The notes beneath the pieces were generated by a model. That model did no database searches. It was not told the DNA's origin and was given only the letters and a program-made list of their open reading frames with translations. From Chloropicon primus (Eukaryota): a DNA stretch of 64,000 bases. The DNA lies in NCBI GenBank assembly GCA_023205875.1, contig CP060755.1, forward strand, positions 1,488,001 to 1,552,000, read 5' to 3'. The position numbers were made by a program, and so were the translations under genes. This document shows, in pieces, positions 37,498 through 49,000 of this stretch (position 1 is the first letter of the stretch; every line of letters begins with the position of its first letter).

Positions 37498-40400
37498 ATG
37501 GTTGTGAGGGTCAAGTTCAAGGTGTTGGCGGTGGCGGAGCCCGAGGCGGAGGGGGGGAGCGCGGGGGCGAACGGAGTGGCGGAGCGGGTCGCTGTTACCA
37601 TCGAAACCGACAAAAGCACTCCGAACAAGCGGCGGAGGCTCCCCTCTCTGGCGAATGGGTTCCTCGTGGTCGACGATAAGGGTCTCAAGTACCCTATCCC
37701 TTTGTTTTACGACGATCTCGTCAACGAGGACGCCAGCGATCTGCCGGCCTACGGCATGCTCTCGGTGGACGAGAATCTGTGGCAGCAGGAGGGGCACATC
37801 GACTACGACAAGCTGAGGGTGTCCCTGAAGAAGAAGAGGCGTCGAATCGACAAGGCTCCGTCCTCCTTCGTGAAGAACGCCGCGCAGAGGGGCTCCCAGA
37901 GCAGCGGCAAGGAGCCTCCTCAAGACATCAACTCTCCGGAGATCCAGGCCTACATCGCCGAGAACATCAAATTTGCAGAGGGCGAGATGATAAAGAGGGC
38001 GTACAAGCGCTTGGTGATCAACAGCGTCTCGAAGCACCACAGGATCGTGAACATGTACTTCAAAAAGCAGCAGAACGTGCTGGAGAAGGTGGCCGCCCAC
38101 GCTTCCCGAGAGACGCAACAGCGGTTTTTCAAAGTCCAGAAGGAGTCCACTCGGTCCCAGCAGCGTATGCGAAGGCTTGTGAGGGAGATGATGTTCTACT
38201 GGAAGAAGCAGGGCAAGGGCTCCGCGAGGGAGAGGAAGCAGGCCGACAGGGAGGCGGCCGAGGCGAGGAAGAGGGAGGAGGAAGCGAGGGAGGAGAAGCG
38301 CAAGCAGCAGCAGCTCAACTTTTTGCTCACGCAGACGGAGCTCTACGCTCACTTCATGGCGAAGAAGATAGGGCACGAGCAGCCTGATCCCCTGGCCGAC
38401 AAGGAGGGAAAGCTGGAGGAGTTGAAAGGGGAGGAGAAGGAGGAGGAGGAGGAGATGCACCAAAAGGCTACGGCAATTGCGAGCATGTGCGTGTCTCAGA
38501 CACGGTTGGCCACCCAGACATTTGATCACGAGAGCGAGAGGCTGCGCTTGGAGGCCACGGGGGGGAGCATGCAGAACCCGAGCACGATGCCTACTTTGTC
38601 AGATGTTCAGCAGCCTAAGGGACTGAAGGGTCAGCTGAAGGGCTACCAACTGAAGGGCTTGCAGTGGCTGGCAAACATTTACGAGCAGGGCTTGAATGGA
38701 ATTCTTGCCGACGAGATGGGTCTGGGAAAGACGGTACAGGCCATAGCTTTGCTTGCTTACCTGGCGGAAGAGAAGAACATCAAGGGACCCTTCTTGGTGG
38801 TGGCACCGGGATCCACGCTGCACAACTGGGATAGGGAGATCCAGGGCTTCTTCCCTCAGTTCAAAGTGCTGCCCTACTGGGGAAATAAGGCACAGAGAAA
38901 GGAAATCAGGCCTTGCATCCATCCCAAAAAGTTGTACGGGGACAATGCTCACAACGTAATTGTCACGTCGTACGACATCATACTGAAGGACGAAATGCAG
39001 CTGAAACGCATCAAGTGGCAATTCATGATCTTGGATGAAGCGCAGGCGATTAAGAACGCGGACTCTTTCCGTTGGAAGATTCTCCTGTCTTTCAGCTGCA
39101 GGAACAGACTGCTCTTGACGGGTACCCCGATCCAAAATAACATGGCGGAGCTTTGGGCCCTCCTGCACTTCATCATGCCCACCCTGTTTGACTCGCACGA
39201 GGAGTTCAATGAGTGGTTCTCAAAGGGCATTGAAGACCACGCGGTGGGGGCCCAGTCCTTGAACGAGCACCAGCTCAAGCGGTTGCACACTGTGCTGCAG
39301 CCTTTTATGCTGAGGAGGGTGAAGAAGGACGTGGAGAATGAGATGCCACCGAAGAAAGAGGTTGTGATTCCCTGCCACCTCACGATGCGGCAGAAGGAGT
39401 TGTATCGGAGAATCAGGGACAAGATCAGCATTGTGGACTTGTTCGAGGGGAAGAGCCTGAAAAATCTGAACGATGGAAAGGTTTCCAGTCTCATGAATAT
39501 AGTGATGCAGCTGAGAAAGGTTTGCAACCACCCCGAGCTCTTCGAGCAGCAGAAGGAAATCACCCCGTACCACTTTGCAGAAATAAACTTGCCCCTTGAA
39601 CCGGCACCCTGGGGGGAGACAGACTGGGCATGGTGCAGCGGGCGTCGGTCCTTGATCACTTACCCTTTGCCCAGGCTCGTCTATGACGAGGGGATGGTGT
39701 GTCTTCCTTCCTGCTTTGCTGGACACTTGAAAGACGCGAGATTCAAGTTGCTCACTTACAGCATGAGTATCTTTGAGCCTTCAAACGTGTTCAATGCTGT
39801 CCACGGGACCAAAGGCGTTCCAGGGAGCTCCGGCTTGTCCTTCCTAGGATTGCTGGGTCTGAGCCCTTCCGACTTGTTCTTCTTCAGCCGCTTGGACAGC
39901 TTCCAGGCGTGGTACTTTTCAAGGATAGAGGGGAAGAGGTGGGAGAGGCTTTCAAACTATTATTGCGACCACTCGTGCGGGAAGACCCTCCACAGCAGGT
40001 CGACCTTCCAACACTGCATGCTTAGGCTGAACACCAAACTCCGAAAGTGCTTGCATCAGAGAGGTGCCCTCGCAGAAAGTGAGTCGACTCTCGTGAAAAA
40101 GGGCGACGACAGGATCTTGGAGAACGCCAGCTTGATCAGGACGCTCAAGGGGCACATCGAAAAGGTTCGAGCGGTGCCTTGCGAGGTTCTGTGTGCTAGC
40201 TCTGGTTTTGCGAATCAGAGGAAGAGGTACCTGCAGTCGGATTGGGAGAACCAGGTCCTGTTTGGACTGCAGAACCACCAATCAAAGTTCTGGACGCGTG
40301 ACGATTTGGAGGGCAAGGAGAACCAGGTGTCGTTGTACTCCAAGCCTCTGCTCTCCGCAACGGCTAAGGTCACGGGAAGTGGAATACAGGTCAAGTTCTA

Positions 40401-40947
40401 CGCCCTTGCCAAAGCCCTTGCGGATGGCGGCAAGCTCAGAGCGTTTGATAAGCTCCTGCAAGAGCTCAAGGCGGCGGGCCACAGGGTTTTGGTGTTCTGC
40501 CAGATGACGCAGATGATGAACATATTGGAGGATTACATGATTTTCAGGAAGCTCAAGTACCTCCGGCTGGACGGGTCCACCAAGCTGGAGGATCGCAGGG
40601 ACATGGTCGATGCGTTCCAGACCCAAGAGGATATCTTCGCCTTCCTGCTCTCGACGAGAGCGGGTGGTCTTGGGATCAACTTGACAGCCGCAGACACGGT
40701 GATCTTCTACGAGAGCGACTGGAACCCAACGATGGACCAGCAGGCTATGGATAGGGCCCACCGCTTGGGGCAGACCAAGACCGTGACGGTGTATCGCTTG
40801 ATTTGTCAGGGGACTATCGAGGAGAAGATTCTGAAGAGAGCAACGCAGAAGGAGAAGGTGAGTAAGATAGTGTACAATAATAAAAGCAAAGAAACCGAAG
40901 AAGGCAACGACCTCTCGAAGGAGGATGTCGTCTCCCTGCTTTTGTAA
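37498..40947 (+). CDS. INO80: INO80 chromatin-remodelling ATPase
   Basis: DBINO segment ('LNFLLTQTELYAHFM'), SNF2 'GILADEMGLGKT', 'LDEAQAIK', split ATPase insertion, 'DWNPTMDQQAMDRAHRLGQTK'. Start uncertain. Confidence 0.93.
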   Translation: MVVRVKFKVLAVAEPEAEGGSAGANGVAERVAVTIETDKSTPNKRRRLPSLANGFLVVDDKGLKYPIPLFYDDLVNEDASDLPAYGMLSVDENLWQQEGHIDYDKLRVSLKKKRRRIDKAPSSFVKNAAQRGSQSSGKEPPQDINSPEIQAYIAENIKFAEGEMIKRAYKRLVINSVSKHHRIVNMYFKKQQNVLEKVAAHASRETQQRFFKVQKESTRSQQRMRRLVREMMFYWKKQGKGSARERKQADREAAEARKREEEAREEKRKQQQLNFLLTQTELYAHFMAKKIGHEQPDPLADKEGKLEELKGEEKEEEEEMHQKATAIASMCVSQTRLATQTFDHESERLRLEATGGSMQNPSTMPTLSDVQQPKGLKGQLKGYQLKGLQWLANIYEQGLNGILADEMGLGKTVQAIALLAYLAEEKNIKGPFLVVAPGSTLHNWDREIQGFFPQFKVLPYWGNKAQRKEIRPCIHPKKLYGDNAHNVIVTSYDIILKDEMQLKRIKWQFMILDEAQAIKNADSFRWKILLSFSCRNRLLLTGTPIQNNMAELWALLHFIMPTLFDSHEEFNEWFSKGIEDHAVGAQSLNEHQLKRLHTVLQPFMLRRVKKDVENEMPPKKEVVIPCHLTMRQKELYRRIRDKISIVDLFEGKSLKNLNDGKVSSLMNIVMQLRKVCNHPELFEQQKEITPYHFAEINLPLEPAPWGETDWAWCSGRRSLITYPLPRLVYDEGMVCLPSCFAGHLKDARFKLLTYSMSIFEPSNVFNAVHGTKGVPGSSGLSFLGLLGLSPSDLFFFSRLDSFQAWYFSRIEGKRWERLSNYYCDHSCGKTLHSRSTFQHCMLRLNTKLRKCLHQRGALAESESTLVKKGDDRILENASLIRTLKGHIEKVRAVPCEVLCASSGFANQRKRYLQSDWENQVLFGLQNHQSKFWTRDDLEGKENQVSLYSKPLLSATAKVTGSGIQVKFYALAKALADGGKLRAFDKLLQELKAAGHRVLVFCQMTQMMNILEDYMIFRKLKYLRLDGSTKLEDRRDMVDAFQTQEDIFAFLLSTRAGGLGINLTAADTVIFYESDWNPTMDQQAMDRAHRLGQTKTVTVYRLICQGTIEEKILKRATQKEKVSKIVYNNKSKETEEGNDLSKEDVVSLLL

Positions 40948-41122
40948 TCGATTTCAGGAGTTCTTCTTCCTTCCCCCCCCATCATCATCACAAAATTCTT
41001 TCATTCCTGCCCCAGAAAGGACGAGGAGAGAGAGAGGAGCGAGAGCGGGCTCTCTGTAGAGGTTGAGGCTCGGCTTAGTCCTCTACCCGCGTGCGACGGT
41101 GCGAGCTTCGAGGGCCCGAAGA

Positions 41123-43180
41123 ATGGAGCGACAGGGAACCTGGAGAAACGTCGGGGCACTTGGGAGCATGGGGAGCACCATGCGAAGTGACTTTTACACG
41201 ACTCTGGACCAGGAGAGCAGCCTTGCGAAGCCTTTGGTCTCCTCGCGCTCCATGGCCAAGGTCTATTTCACGCACAACGTGGGGACCTCGAGGCTCTCTC
41301 AGCTGATGAGGCTGCCCCGTTTCCAGACGTCTAGGGTGAAACACCCGGAAGAGGGGGGGGGCTTCCTCTATCCAACGAGGACAAGGGCACTCAAAGCGGA
41401 GCTGCAGAGGGCGAGCGACTACTTCGCGACGATCCTTGCGTTCCTGGGGTTCCGCCCCGGCGACAGGAAGAGGTTCGGGTTGCTCTTCACCTTGGTCAGC
41501 ATGCTGTTCCTGGGGTTCCTGTTTCCGATCTTCGACATGATTTGCTCGGACGACGTCGTGTCGGACCAGAAGCTCAAGGGCCTCATCCACATGACAGGCA
41601 TATACAGGTTCCTGGTCTATATCGTTTCGTTGCTGTGGATGTTGAGAGTCAGCAGAAGGTGGAACCTCGACGCCTTGCTGTTTCTCAAAGTGGACAAGCT
41701 CTACGTGTCAAGGATTGCGGAGGAGAAGGGCCTGGGGGGCATGTGGGTGTACGCGGCCATCATTCAAAACTTTGCCCTTGAGGTCATGTGCCTGTTTGGA
41801 CCCTACTTTTTGATCATCGTCTTCGCAAAGGCGTGGTGGTTCTTCAACAGCTTGGGCAACTCGAAGCTTTACTCCTCGAGCTACAACTTCATGGGCCACG
41901 TGCTTATGGACAGCTCCTCGCCCCTGTACGTCAAGATCTTGTTCTACTTTGCCGACCTTTTGTCACAGAGCTACATGCAGATCATCTACCTGGTGCCCTG
42001 CGTGTACTTCAGGATGGTCTCGAGCCTGGTTCTGCTGGAGATGAAGGCCTACAAGGAGATGGTCACCCCCGACAAGAAGGCAGACGAGAAGAACGACCAG
42101 CTTGGGGAGCTGCTGAGCGAAGATGTTTCCATGCAGCACTCCCTCGCTTCGAACGGTAGCGCCGCGACAGTGGAGAGGGGAAACAGCTTCTCGGCATCAA
42201 AGGGCTTGAACGCGTCATCTTGGTGCAACAGCTCAATGGACGCGAAGAAAGGTGACGACGAAGAGTCCGCGAAGGATCCTAATCTTGAAGATTCCATGGA
42301 CAAGTTCGAGCTCGAGGACTTGCCTTCTCCCTCCCACAGGGATGCCGAAGCTGGCATCCAAAGAGGGCCACCGGGGGGGTTGAACCTGCCCAATAAGGTC
42401 TACATGTCAAAAAATGCCATGGGAGCGATGAGAAGAAGACGGTCCTCTGTCTACGACAGGTACGGGTCCAATCCTTTTGGCTTGTACGTGGACAGCAGCA
42501 AAAGGATTCCAGAGGATGACATGTACGAATTCACGGACAGCGAGGAAGAGGATGAGATGAAGCACCACCATGATGACGAGCAATCCTTCCCAGTTCTGCG
42601 AGAGCACTCGTTGCTTCAGAAGGTCCTGAGGCTAATCAGTCACAGGTTCAGGCAATTCCTCCTGGCGACCTTCATCCTGATATTCTTCGAGAGCTTTGGC
42701 ACCCTTTACTACATTCTGAACGCAATCATGGACATGGATCGCAAGGAGGCAGACCATTACAATTTCACAGGGGTTGTTGTAAGGCTGGAGCTGTCATCCT
42801 CCGCGCTTTTGCATATGATGGGCCTCATCTTCAACGTAAGGGCTATCCTGATTATGACGCACAGACTGAGGGCAGTGCATACGATTGCAAGTGAACAGCA
42901 TGCCCATTTGACGTGCAAAATGGACCTCATGAAGGACGAAGATGACGAGAAGGAGATGCTCAAGGGCCTGGGACTGGAGTTCGAGCAGTACATGAAGAGG
43001 CAGTCCCTGCTGCAGTACATGGTGAACCATCCTCTTGGGATCACAATCTACGGCTTCCTCATCGACAGGGAATTCTTGCGATCCTTCCACATGGTGATCG
43101 TGTCGTTGACGGTGTTTCTAGTGAGTATGATCATGGGAGGCAGTCACAGCAGCCAGAGCGGGGGAAATCACAAAGCTTGA
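41123..43180 (+). CDS. DUF3537 multi-pass membrane protein (plant gustatory-receptor-like 7TM family)
   Basis: ~7 TM segments; 'LREHSLLQKVLRLISHRFRQFLL', 'KRQSLLQYMVNHPLGITIYGFLIDR'. Confidence 0.8.
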   Translation: MERQGTWRNVGALGSMGSTMRSDFYTTLDQESSLAKPLVSSRSMAKVYFTHNVGTSRLSQLMRLPRFQTSRVKHPEEGGGFLYPTRTRALKAELQRASDYFATILAFLGFRPGDRKRFGLLFTLVSMLFLGFLFPIFDMICSDDVVSDQKLKGLIHMTGIYRFLVYIVSLLWMLRVSRRWNLDALLFLKVDKLYVSRIAEEKGLGGMWVYAAIIQNFALEVMCLFGPYFLIIVFAKAWWFFNSLGNSKLYSSSYNFMGHVLMDSSSPLYVKILFYFADLLSQSYMQIIYLVPCVYFRMVSSLVLLEMKAYKEMVTPDKKADEKNDQLGELLSEDVSMQHSLASNGSAATVERGNSFSASKGLNASSWCNSSMDAKKGDDEESAKDPNLEDSMDKFELEDLPSPSHRDAEAGIQRGPPGGLNLPNKVYMSKNAMGAMRRRRSSVYDRYGSNPFGLYVDSSKRIPEDDMYEFTDSEEEDEMKHHHDDEQSFPVLREHSLLQKVLRLISHRFRQFLLATFILIFFESFGTLYYILNAIMDMDRKEADHYNFTGVVVRLELSSSALLHMMGLIFNVRAILIMTHRLRAVHTIASEQHAHLTCKMDLMKDEDDEKEMLKGLGLEFEQYMKRQSLLQYMVNHPLGITIYGFLIDREFLRSFHMVIVSLTVFLVSMIMGGSHSSQSGGNHKA

Positions 43181-43264
43181 GGAATATCGCGTTGAAAATG
43201 TAGAATAAGAATATATATTAAAGTTTTTGATATACATAACAGTTCTAAAATACACAAGCATGCC

Positions 43265-44809
43265 TCACTTTCTTGCCCTGTCATCAGTGGACCGTTTCAG
43301 CCTGAACGCAAGGAAAGCTGCACAAAGACAACAGATTGAGAGGATGAAGAAAGTAGATTGAAAACACTTTCCACCTTTGCAAATGTTGTGTGGTTCCCCG
43401 TCGGGGATGTGAGAGTTATAGAGGATGCTTGCCAAGAAGGTGCTGAAGAGAATAGAGCCCAACATGGGCGCGAACATTGCAGTTCCCAGAATCTTACCAA
43501 AATCTTCATGCCCGTAGAGATCGGCCAGTGTGCAGGGCAAGAGCGTAAACATGGCCCCGAAGGCCATGCCGCAGACGATACACGAGACGTACAACGCGTT
43601 CAAGTTTGCGATGCACAGGGTCAACTGGGCGGACATCATCAGAAGGCAATTTGCGAGCACGAAAGTGGGTCTGGACCAGACACTTGAGTACGAGTCGGAA
43701 AGGAGACCGACCCCGGCCCTCCCCATGCAACTTCCGACCGAGATTAGCACGACGTAGGTGTCTCCCGCCGTGCCGCTCTCGCCATCCATCGCCAGAGAGA
43801 CAACTAGGTCGTGGACGTTGTTTATCAAGGTGATGCCGCTCCCCATGACCACGGAGCAAATGACGAAGACGTGCCAGAATTCTCTTTGCCTGAGAACACT
43901 TCCGTACCTACTTTGGCGTCCAGCTTCGGGCGGGTCGCTCGGCGGCAGCAAAGTAGCATCTTGTCTCTCCCCCTCCTCGTCGCCGTCCCCCTCCGCTGCC
44001 GGAGACTTGTTGAAGTTGAGCCCGAGCCTCCTACCAATTTCCGCCGGAACCCTCAGCGGCAGGTAAAGCGCACCAAAGCCTGCTATGAGGACCCACAGAA
44101 AGGACCCGAGGATCGCGTAGCTGGCCTCCCTCTGATAAATGGAGCTGCAGCTGATGTAAACAACCAAAACAGCCAGCAAACCGTATCCCAACACGGCGAC
44201 CCTCGTCCTCTCCTCCAGGGTGAGCGCGAGGATCTGACCCTTCGTCAAGTCCGCCCCGAGTATCGTCGCAAGAGCGCCCGCAGGCAGCCCAACCGACAGC
44301 ACCAAGATGAAGGACGAGATGTTGGGCCTGAAATAACTCTGGTACAGAACCGTGATGACGCTAGCTGATATCCCGAAGAACCCCTTCAGCAGCCCCAACA
44401 CCAGGCCCTTGTCTGGAGCGAAGTTCTTGGTTGCCATGGGCACCGCCGATCCGTCCCAATACCCTCCCCCGTGCTGCGCCATGAAGGCCCCAACGCAGAG
44501 AAGGGGCAAAGACGCTGTCATCCTAGCCGTGAAGACGAGGTACAACAAAGCGTAGCCCAAACCCGTGAGTACGCATCCCAGGAGTATCCCAACGGACGGC
44601 CCGTACCTATCGAAGAAGTACCCCGCTGGCAACAGGAGCCACGCCCCCAGATTCCCCGACGTCGCTATGAGTTGGACCTCCTCCTGCCTCAGTCCGAGTT
44701 GGTGCAGCTTCCCCGAGTACACGGAGAACGCGTACACCCCTCCGCCCAAAAGTTCCAGGTAGAGGGCCGACAGCAAGCTCCCGAACCTGCGGTAGTCGTG
44801 CGACCTCAT
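43265..44809 (-). CDS. Nodulin-like MFS transporter (NFD4-like)
   Basis: 'YAFSVYS', 'NFAPDKGLVLGLLKGFFGISA', 'GSGITLINN', 'CKGGKCFQSTF'; ~12 TM. Confidence 0.88.
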   Translation of the reverse strand: MRSHDYRRFGSLLSALYLELLGGGVYAFSVYSGKLHQLGLRQEEVQLIATSGNLGAWLLLPAGYFFDRYGPSVGILLGCVLTGLGYALLYLVFTARMTASLPLLCVGAFMAQHGGGYWDGSAVPMATKNFAPDKGLVLGLLKGFFGISASVITVLYQSYFRPNISSFILVLSVGLPAGALATILGADLTKGQILALTLEERTRVAVLGYGLLAVLVVYISCSSIYQREASYAILGSFLWVLIAGFGALYLPLRVPAEIGRRLGLNFNKSPAAEGDGDEEGERQDATLLPPSDPPEAGRQSRYGSVLRQREFWHVFVICSVVMGSGITLINNVHDLVVSLAMDGESGTAGDTYVVLISVGSCMGRAGVGLLSDSYSSVWSRPTFVLANCLLMMSAQLTLCIANLNALYVSCIVCGMAFGAMFTLLPCTLADLYGHEDFGKILGTAMFAPMLGSILFSTFLASILYNSHIPDGEPHNICKGGKCFQSTFFILSICCLCAAFLAFRLKRSTDDRARK

Positions 44810-45167
44810 CCCCGCCACCCCCTCCTCTAAAACGGGTTAGTCCCCTTTGCAGACCGATCGCACGTTATGGTCTTGCTGCTCTCTCTCTCTCTCTCTCTCT
44901 CTGATATTTTTTGAATCAGCGCAGGGTCAGCTCGACGACGAGAGGGAGAGCCTCTTCTGCGGTGAAGGAAAGGTAAGAAAGGAGAGGGAGAGGGTGGGGG
45001 GGGAAGGGCGGAGGTGGGCACATCGGAACGTGATGCCTTCACGGGGCCCCTTCCTTCCTCCGCATCCTCCGAGCGAGAGAGCGAACGCTTAACTGACGGT
45101 GGAGATCTTGGTCTTTGTTGTTTTGTTTTTTCGCAGAGAGAAAGGGAGAGAGAGAGAGACAGAGAGA

Positions 45168-46010
45168 ATGACGGACCTCAAGAATTTCTTGTCGCAGTCG
45201 GATGTGCAGGCGTTGAAGGCTTATGTGCAGGGACCGTCGTCCCAGGCGCGTGCGGACTCCACGGTCCTCATGCACGTCACACACAGCAACTTGAAGAACA
45301 CTTCCTTCTTCGAGCTGAGGCTCGACAGACACATGACGGTGCTTTCGGTGAAGGAGAAGCTCAAGTCACACACCGGAACGGCCGTCGGAGCCATGCTCCT
45401 CCAGATGAAGGACCTGAACGGCCAGGTCATAGCGACCCTCGCAGACGACAACACTGTGCTCGGCTTTTACTCGCCGCAGGACGGGTTCACCCTGCACGTG
45501 ATTGATATTGACCCAAACTCTTCGTCTGCAGACGGCTGGCTGGAGGACGTTTCGAAGGTCCAAAAGTACGAGATATCCGAAGAGGATTACAACGCCAGGG
45601 AGAACACGTACAGGAAGTTCAAGGAGCAGAAGCTCAAGGAGGACCCGACGTGGACGCTGCAGAAAGAGATCGCGAAGAGGTCTGGGAAGGAAGTCAAAGA
45701 GGCCGTGAACGATCCTGAGTTCCAGGCCGAGGAGGCGAAGGGCGTGGAGGTGGGCAACCGCTGCGAGGTTTACCCCGGCTCCAAAAGGGGCGAGGTGATG
45801 TACGTGGGCAAGGTCGAGGGCCTCCCTATGGGCTACTGGATAGGAGTCAAGTATGACGAGCCTATCGGAAAGAACAACGGAACGATCAAGGGCAAGCAGT
45901 ACTTTGAGTGCGCGCCCAAATACGGGGGAATGGTGCGTCCAAGCAACTTGAAGGTGGGCGACTTCCCACCGGCCGACGACTTTGACTTTTCAGACGAAGA
46001 GGAGATATGA
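45168..46010 (+). CDS. TBCB: Tubulin-folding cofactor B
   Basis: Ubiquitin-like N-domain ('VKEKLKSHTGT'), 'KYEISEEDY', CAP-Gly 'WIGVKYDEPIGKNNG...YFECAPKYG'. Confidence 0.95.
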   Translation: MTDLKNFLSQSDVQALKAYVQGPSSQARADSTVLMHVTHSNLKNTSFFELRLDRHMTVLSVKEKLKSHTGTAVGAMLLQMKDLNGQVIATLADDNTVLGFYSPQDGFTLHVIDIDPNSSSADGWLEDVSKVQKYEISEEDYNARENTYRKFKEQKLKEDPTWTLQKEIAKRSGKEVKEAVNDPEFQAEEAKGVEVGNRCEVYPGSKRGEVMYVGKVEGLPMGYWIGVKYDEPIGKNNGTIKGKQYFECAPKYGGMVRPSNLKVGDFPPADDFDFSDEEEI

Positions 46011-46071
46011 TTGGGCGTTTTGCGGTGACAGCAGATGTTGTTGGAATTAAAATTACCCTTGCCATAAACAG

Positions 46072-49000
46072 TCACTCCACCTCGAGTGAATCCGAGTACA
46101 GGTGAATGCCGGTGTTGAAGCCGAGAAGGGAAGCATCGAGCTTCTTTCCTTTCTTCTTCCCCTTCTTTCTGTTGCCGCTCGCTGCCTTGGATGGGTTCAC
46201 ATTCTCAAAGGCGCCGCCATCCTTGGCCAAGGTGGTCTTCGTCTCCGCTTCCATCCTGAACATGAACTCCGTCGTGAATTTGGAGGACTTTGCGCTCTTC
46301 CCGAGGTAGAACTCCACGTACTCCCGGATCTCCTTTTCTGAGTGGAGGGACATCAGGAACTCGACCAAGGTCATGTCATCGCTCCCGTTCAGCTGGCGCA
46401 TTTGCTCCTTGCACCAGCTGGTGAAGCCATCGGACATGGGCTTGCTGTTCGAAGGGTTGAAAGCAACCTTATTCGAAGCGTTGTTCTTCTTTGAGGTGCT
46501 CCTCCCCTTGCTAGACGAATCAAGTTGGTTCGAAAGGGAAGGGAAGCTCGCACTGCTCGTGGTGTTCGCCATTGTGGTGGGAGCGCTGTGCTTGTTCGAG
46601 GAGCCCCATGGGTTACCGAGGGGCACGTTGGATCTCTGCTGCTGCGGTTCACTTGACATCTCCCAAAACATGTCATCATCGGCGGAAGAGTCGACCACTT
46701 GCCTGGAAACGCCAGACGCCAACTTCCTTCTTTCCGTTTCTTCTGCCTGAATTTGGTTCAAGTTTGGTGCGTTCGGAGAGGGTGCGAATCTGACGTCCCT
46801 CTGTATGGCGGTGACCTGCTGTCCAGACTTCTTCTTGTTCTTCCTCGTTGTCACGGCCTCAAAGCCGTCATTGGAATCTGCTTCACAGTGATGGACCCCA
46901 GAGTTGTCCACAGCACTCGGAGAGATGCTTGGACTTGGATAGGCGTTGTTCCCCCCGAGCTTCGCAGCCCATGAGTTGTCAGAGACATGTTGGTCACTCC
47001 TGCCCACCTTGTTCAAAGCCCTTAGCTTCTCCTCCTCCGCCTGGATCTCGGCAAGTGACTTCGGTTTGACTGGGCCATGACTTGGCTGCTCAGCCCAGTT
47101 TGATTTCCCTGCACTTATGATGTCCGCCTGGGGCTCCATTGGGATTTCGGCATGATGCACCACCCTCGTCTTCACGAGTTTCATAGCTTCCTTTGCTTTC
47201 TCTGTCTCTTCATTCATGATGTCCGCCATGGACACATTGCTTTCCGGAAGGTCCCCCCAAAACTTTTGTGGTGGCTCTGGAAGTGGCTCTTGAGCTGGCT
47301 CGTGGGCCATTTGCTCTGCAGGGTCCGCAATTTTTGGCTCGTCCCTCATCCGTGCCTCAATTTGCTCCAAGCTCGCGACACCTGTAGGCATGGCAGGCAT
47401 GGGCGGCATGGGTGGCATACCTTGGTCTTGAGGAGCAACCATGTTCTGAAACTGGTTGTACACGCTCTGTTGGTTCTCTTGCGACTCCATGGGGATGGGC
47501 TGCCCACCCACCATTCCAGGCATTGGCATATTCTGAGGCTCCGTGAATGGCATCTGCGGCCCAGGCATCCCCTGCTGCTTGTACATCATATTGGGATTGG
47601 CCATCTGACCCTGCATCGTCATCTCTGGTTGCAACCCCATTCCCTGCGAGGAATGGATGGGTTGGACCAGACCGTGAGCATACTGTTGATCCCTTGGCAT
47701 GCCGTCGTACATCGCCTCCTTAGGCGACTGGAAAGTGTGCTCATTGAAGCTCCCCACTTGTGGACCACCCATGACTGTTGGTTGAACTGGAGAAGGTTTC
47801 AGTTGAGCGCCCCACTTGGCGAGCCAGAAGGACAGGGGCTGAAACATGGCGTCTGGGACATTCGCGGGTGCCACGGGAAGGTCCAATGGGAAAAATTTTG
47901 CTTGATACCACCCCAGCATCTGCGATGTGTTGAAAGGACCCTGCACAGTCCCCTTTGGATCCTTGTAGATCCACTGCTCCATCATCGGATTTCCATGGGC
48001 AGCCTGTGCTGTAGTAGCCTGGGGCTGGACTTGGGGCTGGACTTGGGGCTGGACTTGCGGCTGGACTTGACTGACCTCTGGGGCAATCGGCTGCCCAATC
48101 GGCTGAGCAGTCGGCTGCGCTGGTGGCGACACCGACTTTCCAAAGCCTAAGCCCTGCAAAAGGGATTTTCTTTCCTCGCCGCCGCGAGGCTTGTCGTCCA
48201 CGGAAATGTCTTTCCATAGCTCATCTGGATTGAGCTCGAAACGGCCGAGAGACGAGAAGTCTACTGCTCCACTTCCAGCCTGTGGCACTTCAGAGTCATC
48301 CTTCGCCCACTCAGGGACGTCCTCCTCCTCCTCCGGGGTCTCCTGTGGGGCCTCGCAGTGGCCCACGTCTTCCAGGTCCACACCCTCTGGCGGAGGCAAG
48401 AAGGTATAAGCGCCCAACATATCGTTCAAGATATCGTACATGAAGGCTTTGTTGTACCTGTGCTGTGCGGGATAGTTGAAATCGACCAGGACTGTGTTTG
48501 CGCCAGCACTCCCAGTCCTTCCACGCCTACCCAAGTCCCCATCGCCCTTGCCCCTTCCGTAAGAAGACGACCTTCCTCTCGACCCGAAATGCTGCCCAGA
48601 AGAAGCATCGTGACGGTCCCCCCCGCCTCCTCCGCGGGAAGAGGAGAACATGGAGAAGCCCATCTGCCCTCCCTTGCTCCTCCAGCTACCGTCTCCTCCA
48701 CCAGAGTTGTTCCACCTGTCCCACCTCTCGCTCTTCCTGTCGCCCGACGAGGACAGGTACTTCTTATCTATCGACGAGCTCGGTTTGAAGTTCTCGTAAC
48801 CCTCCTGGCTAGCCCCGTAACTCCCCGAGAAGCTGCTTCTGTTGGAGTGCTCGTGCTGAGAATCTCTCCTCCCTCCGCCAGACCTCCCGTCGTAGCCCCA
48901 GCCCCTGGAAATATCCCTGGGCTTCGAAGAGGGCCTCCCTCCGAGACTGGCCGTCCTGCCGCTTCCGAGAGGGCTGTAAAGACCGCCGCTGGTGTTGGCC

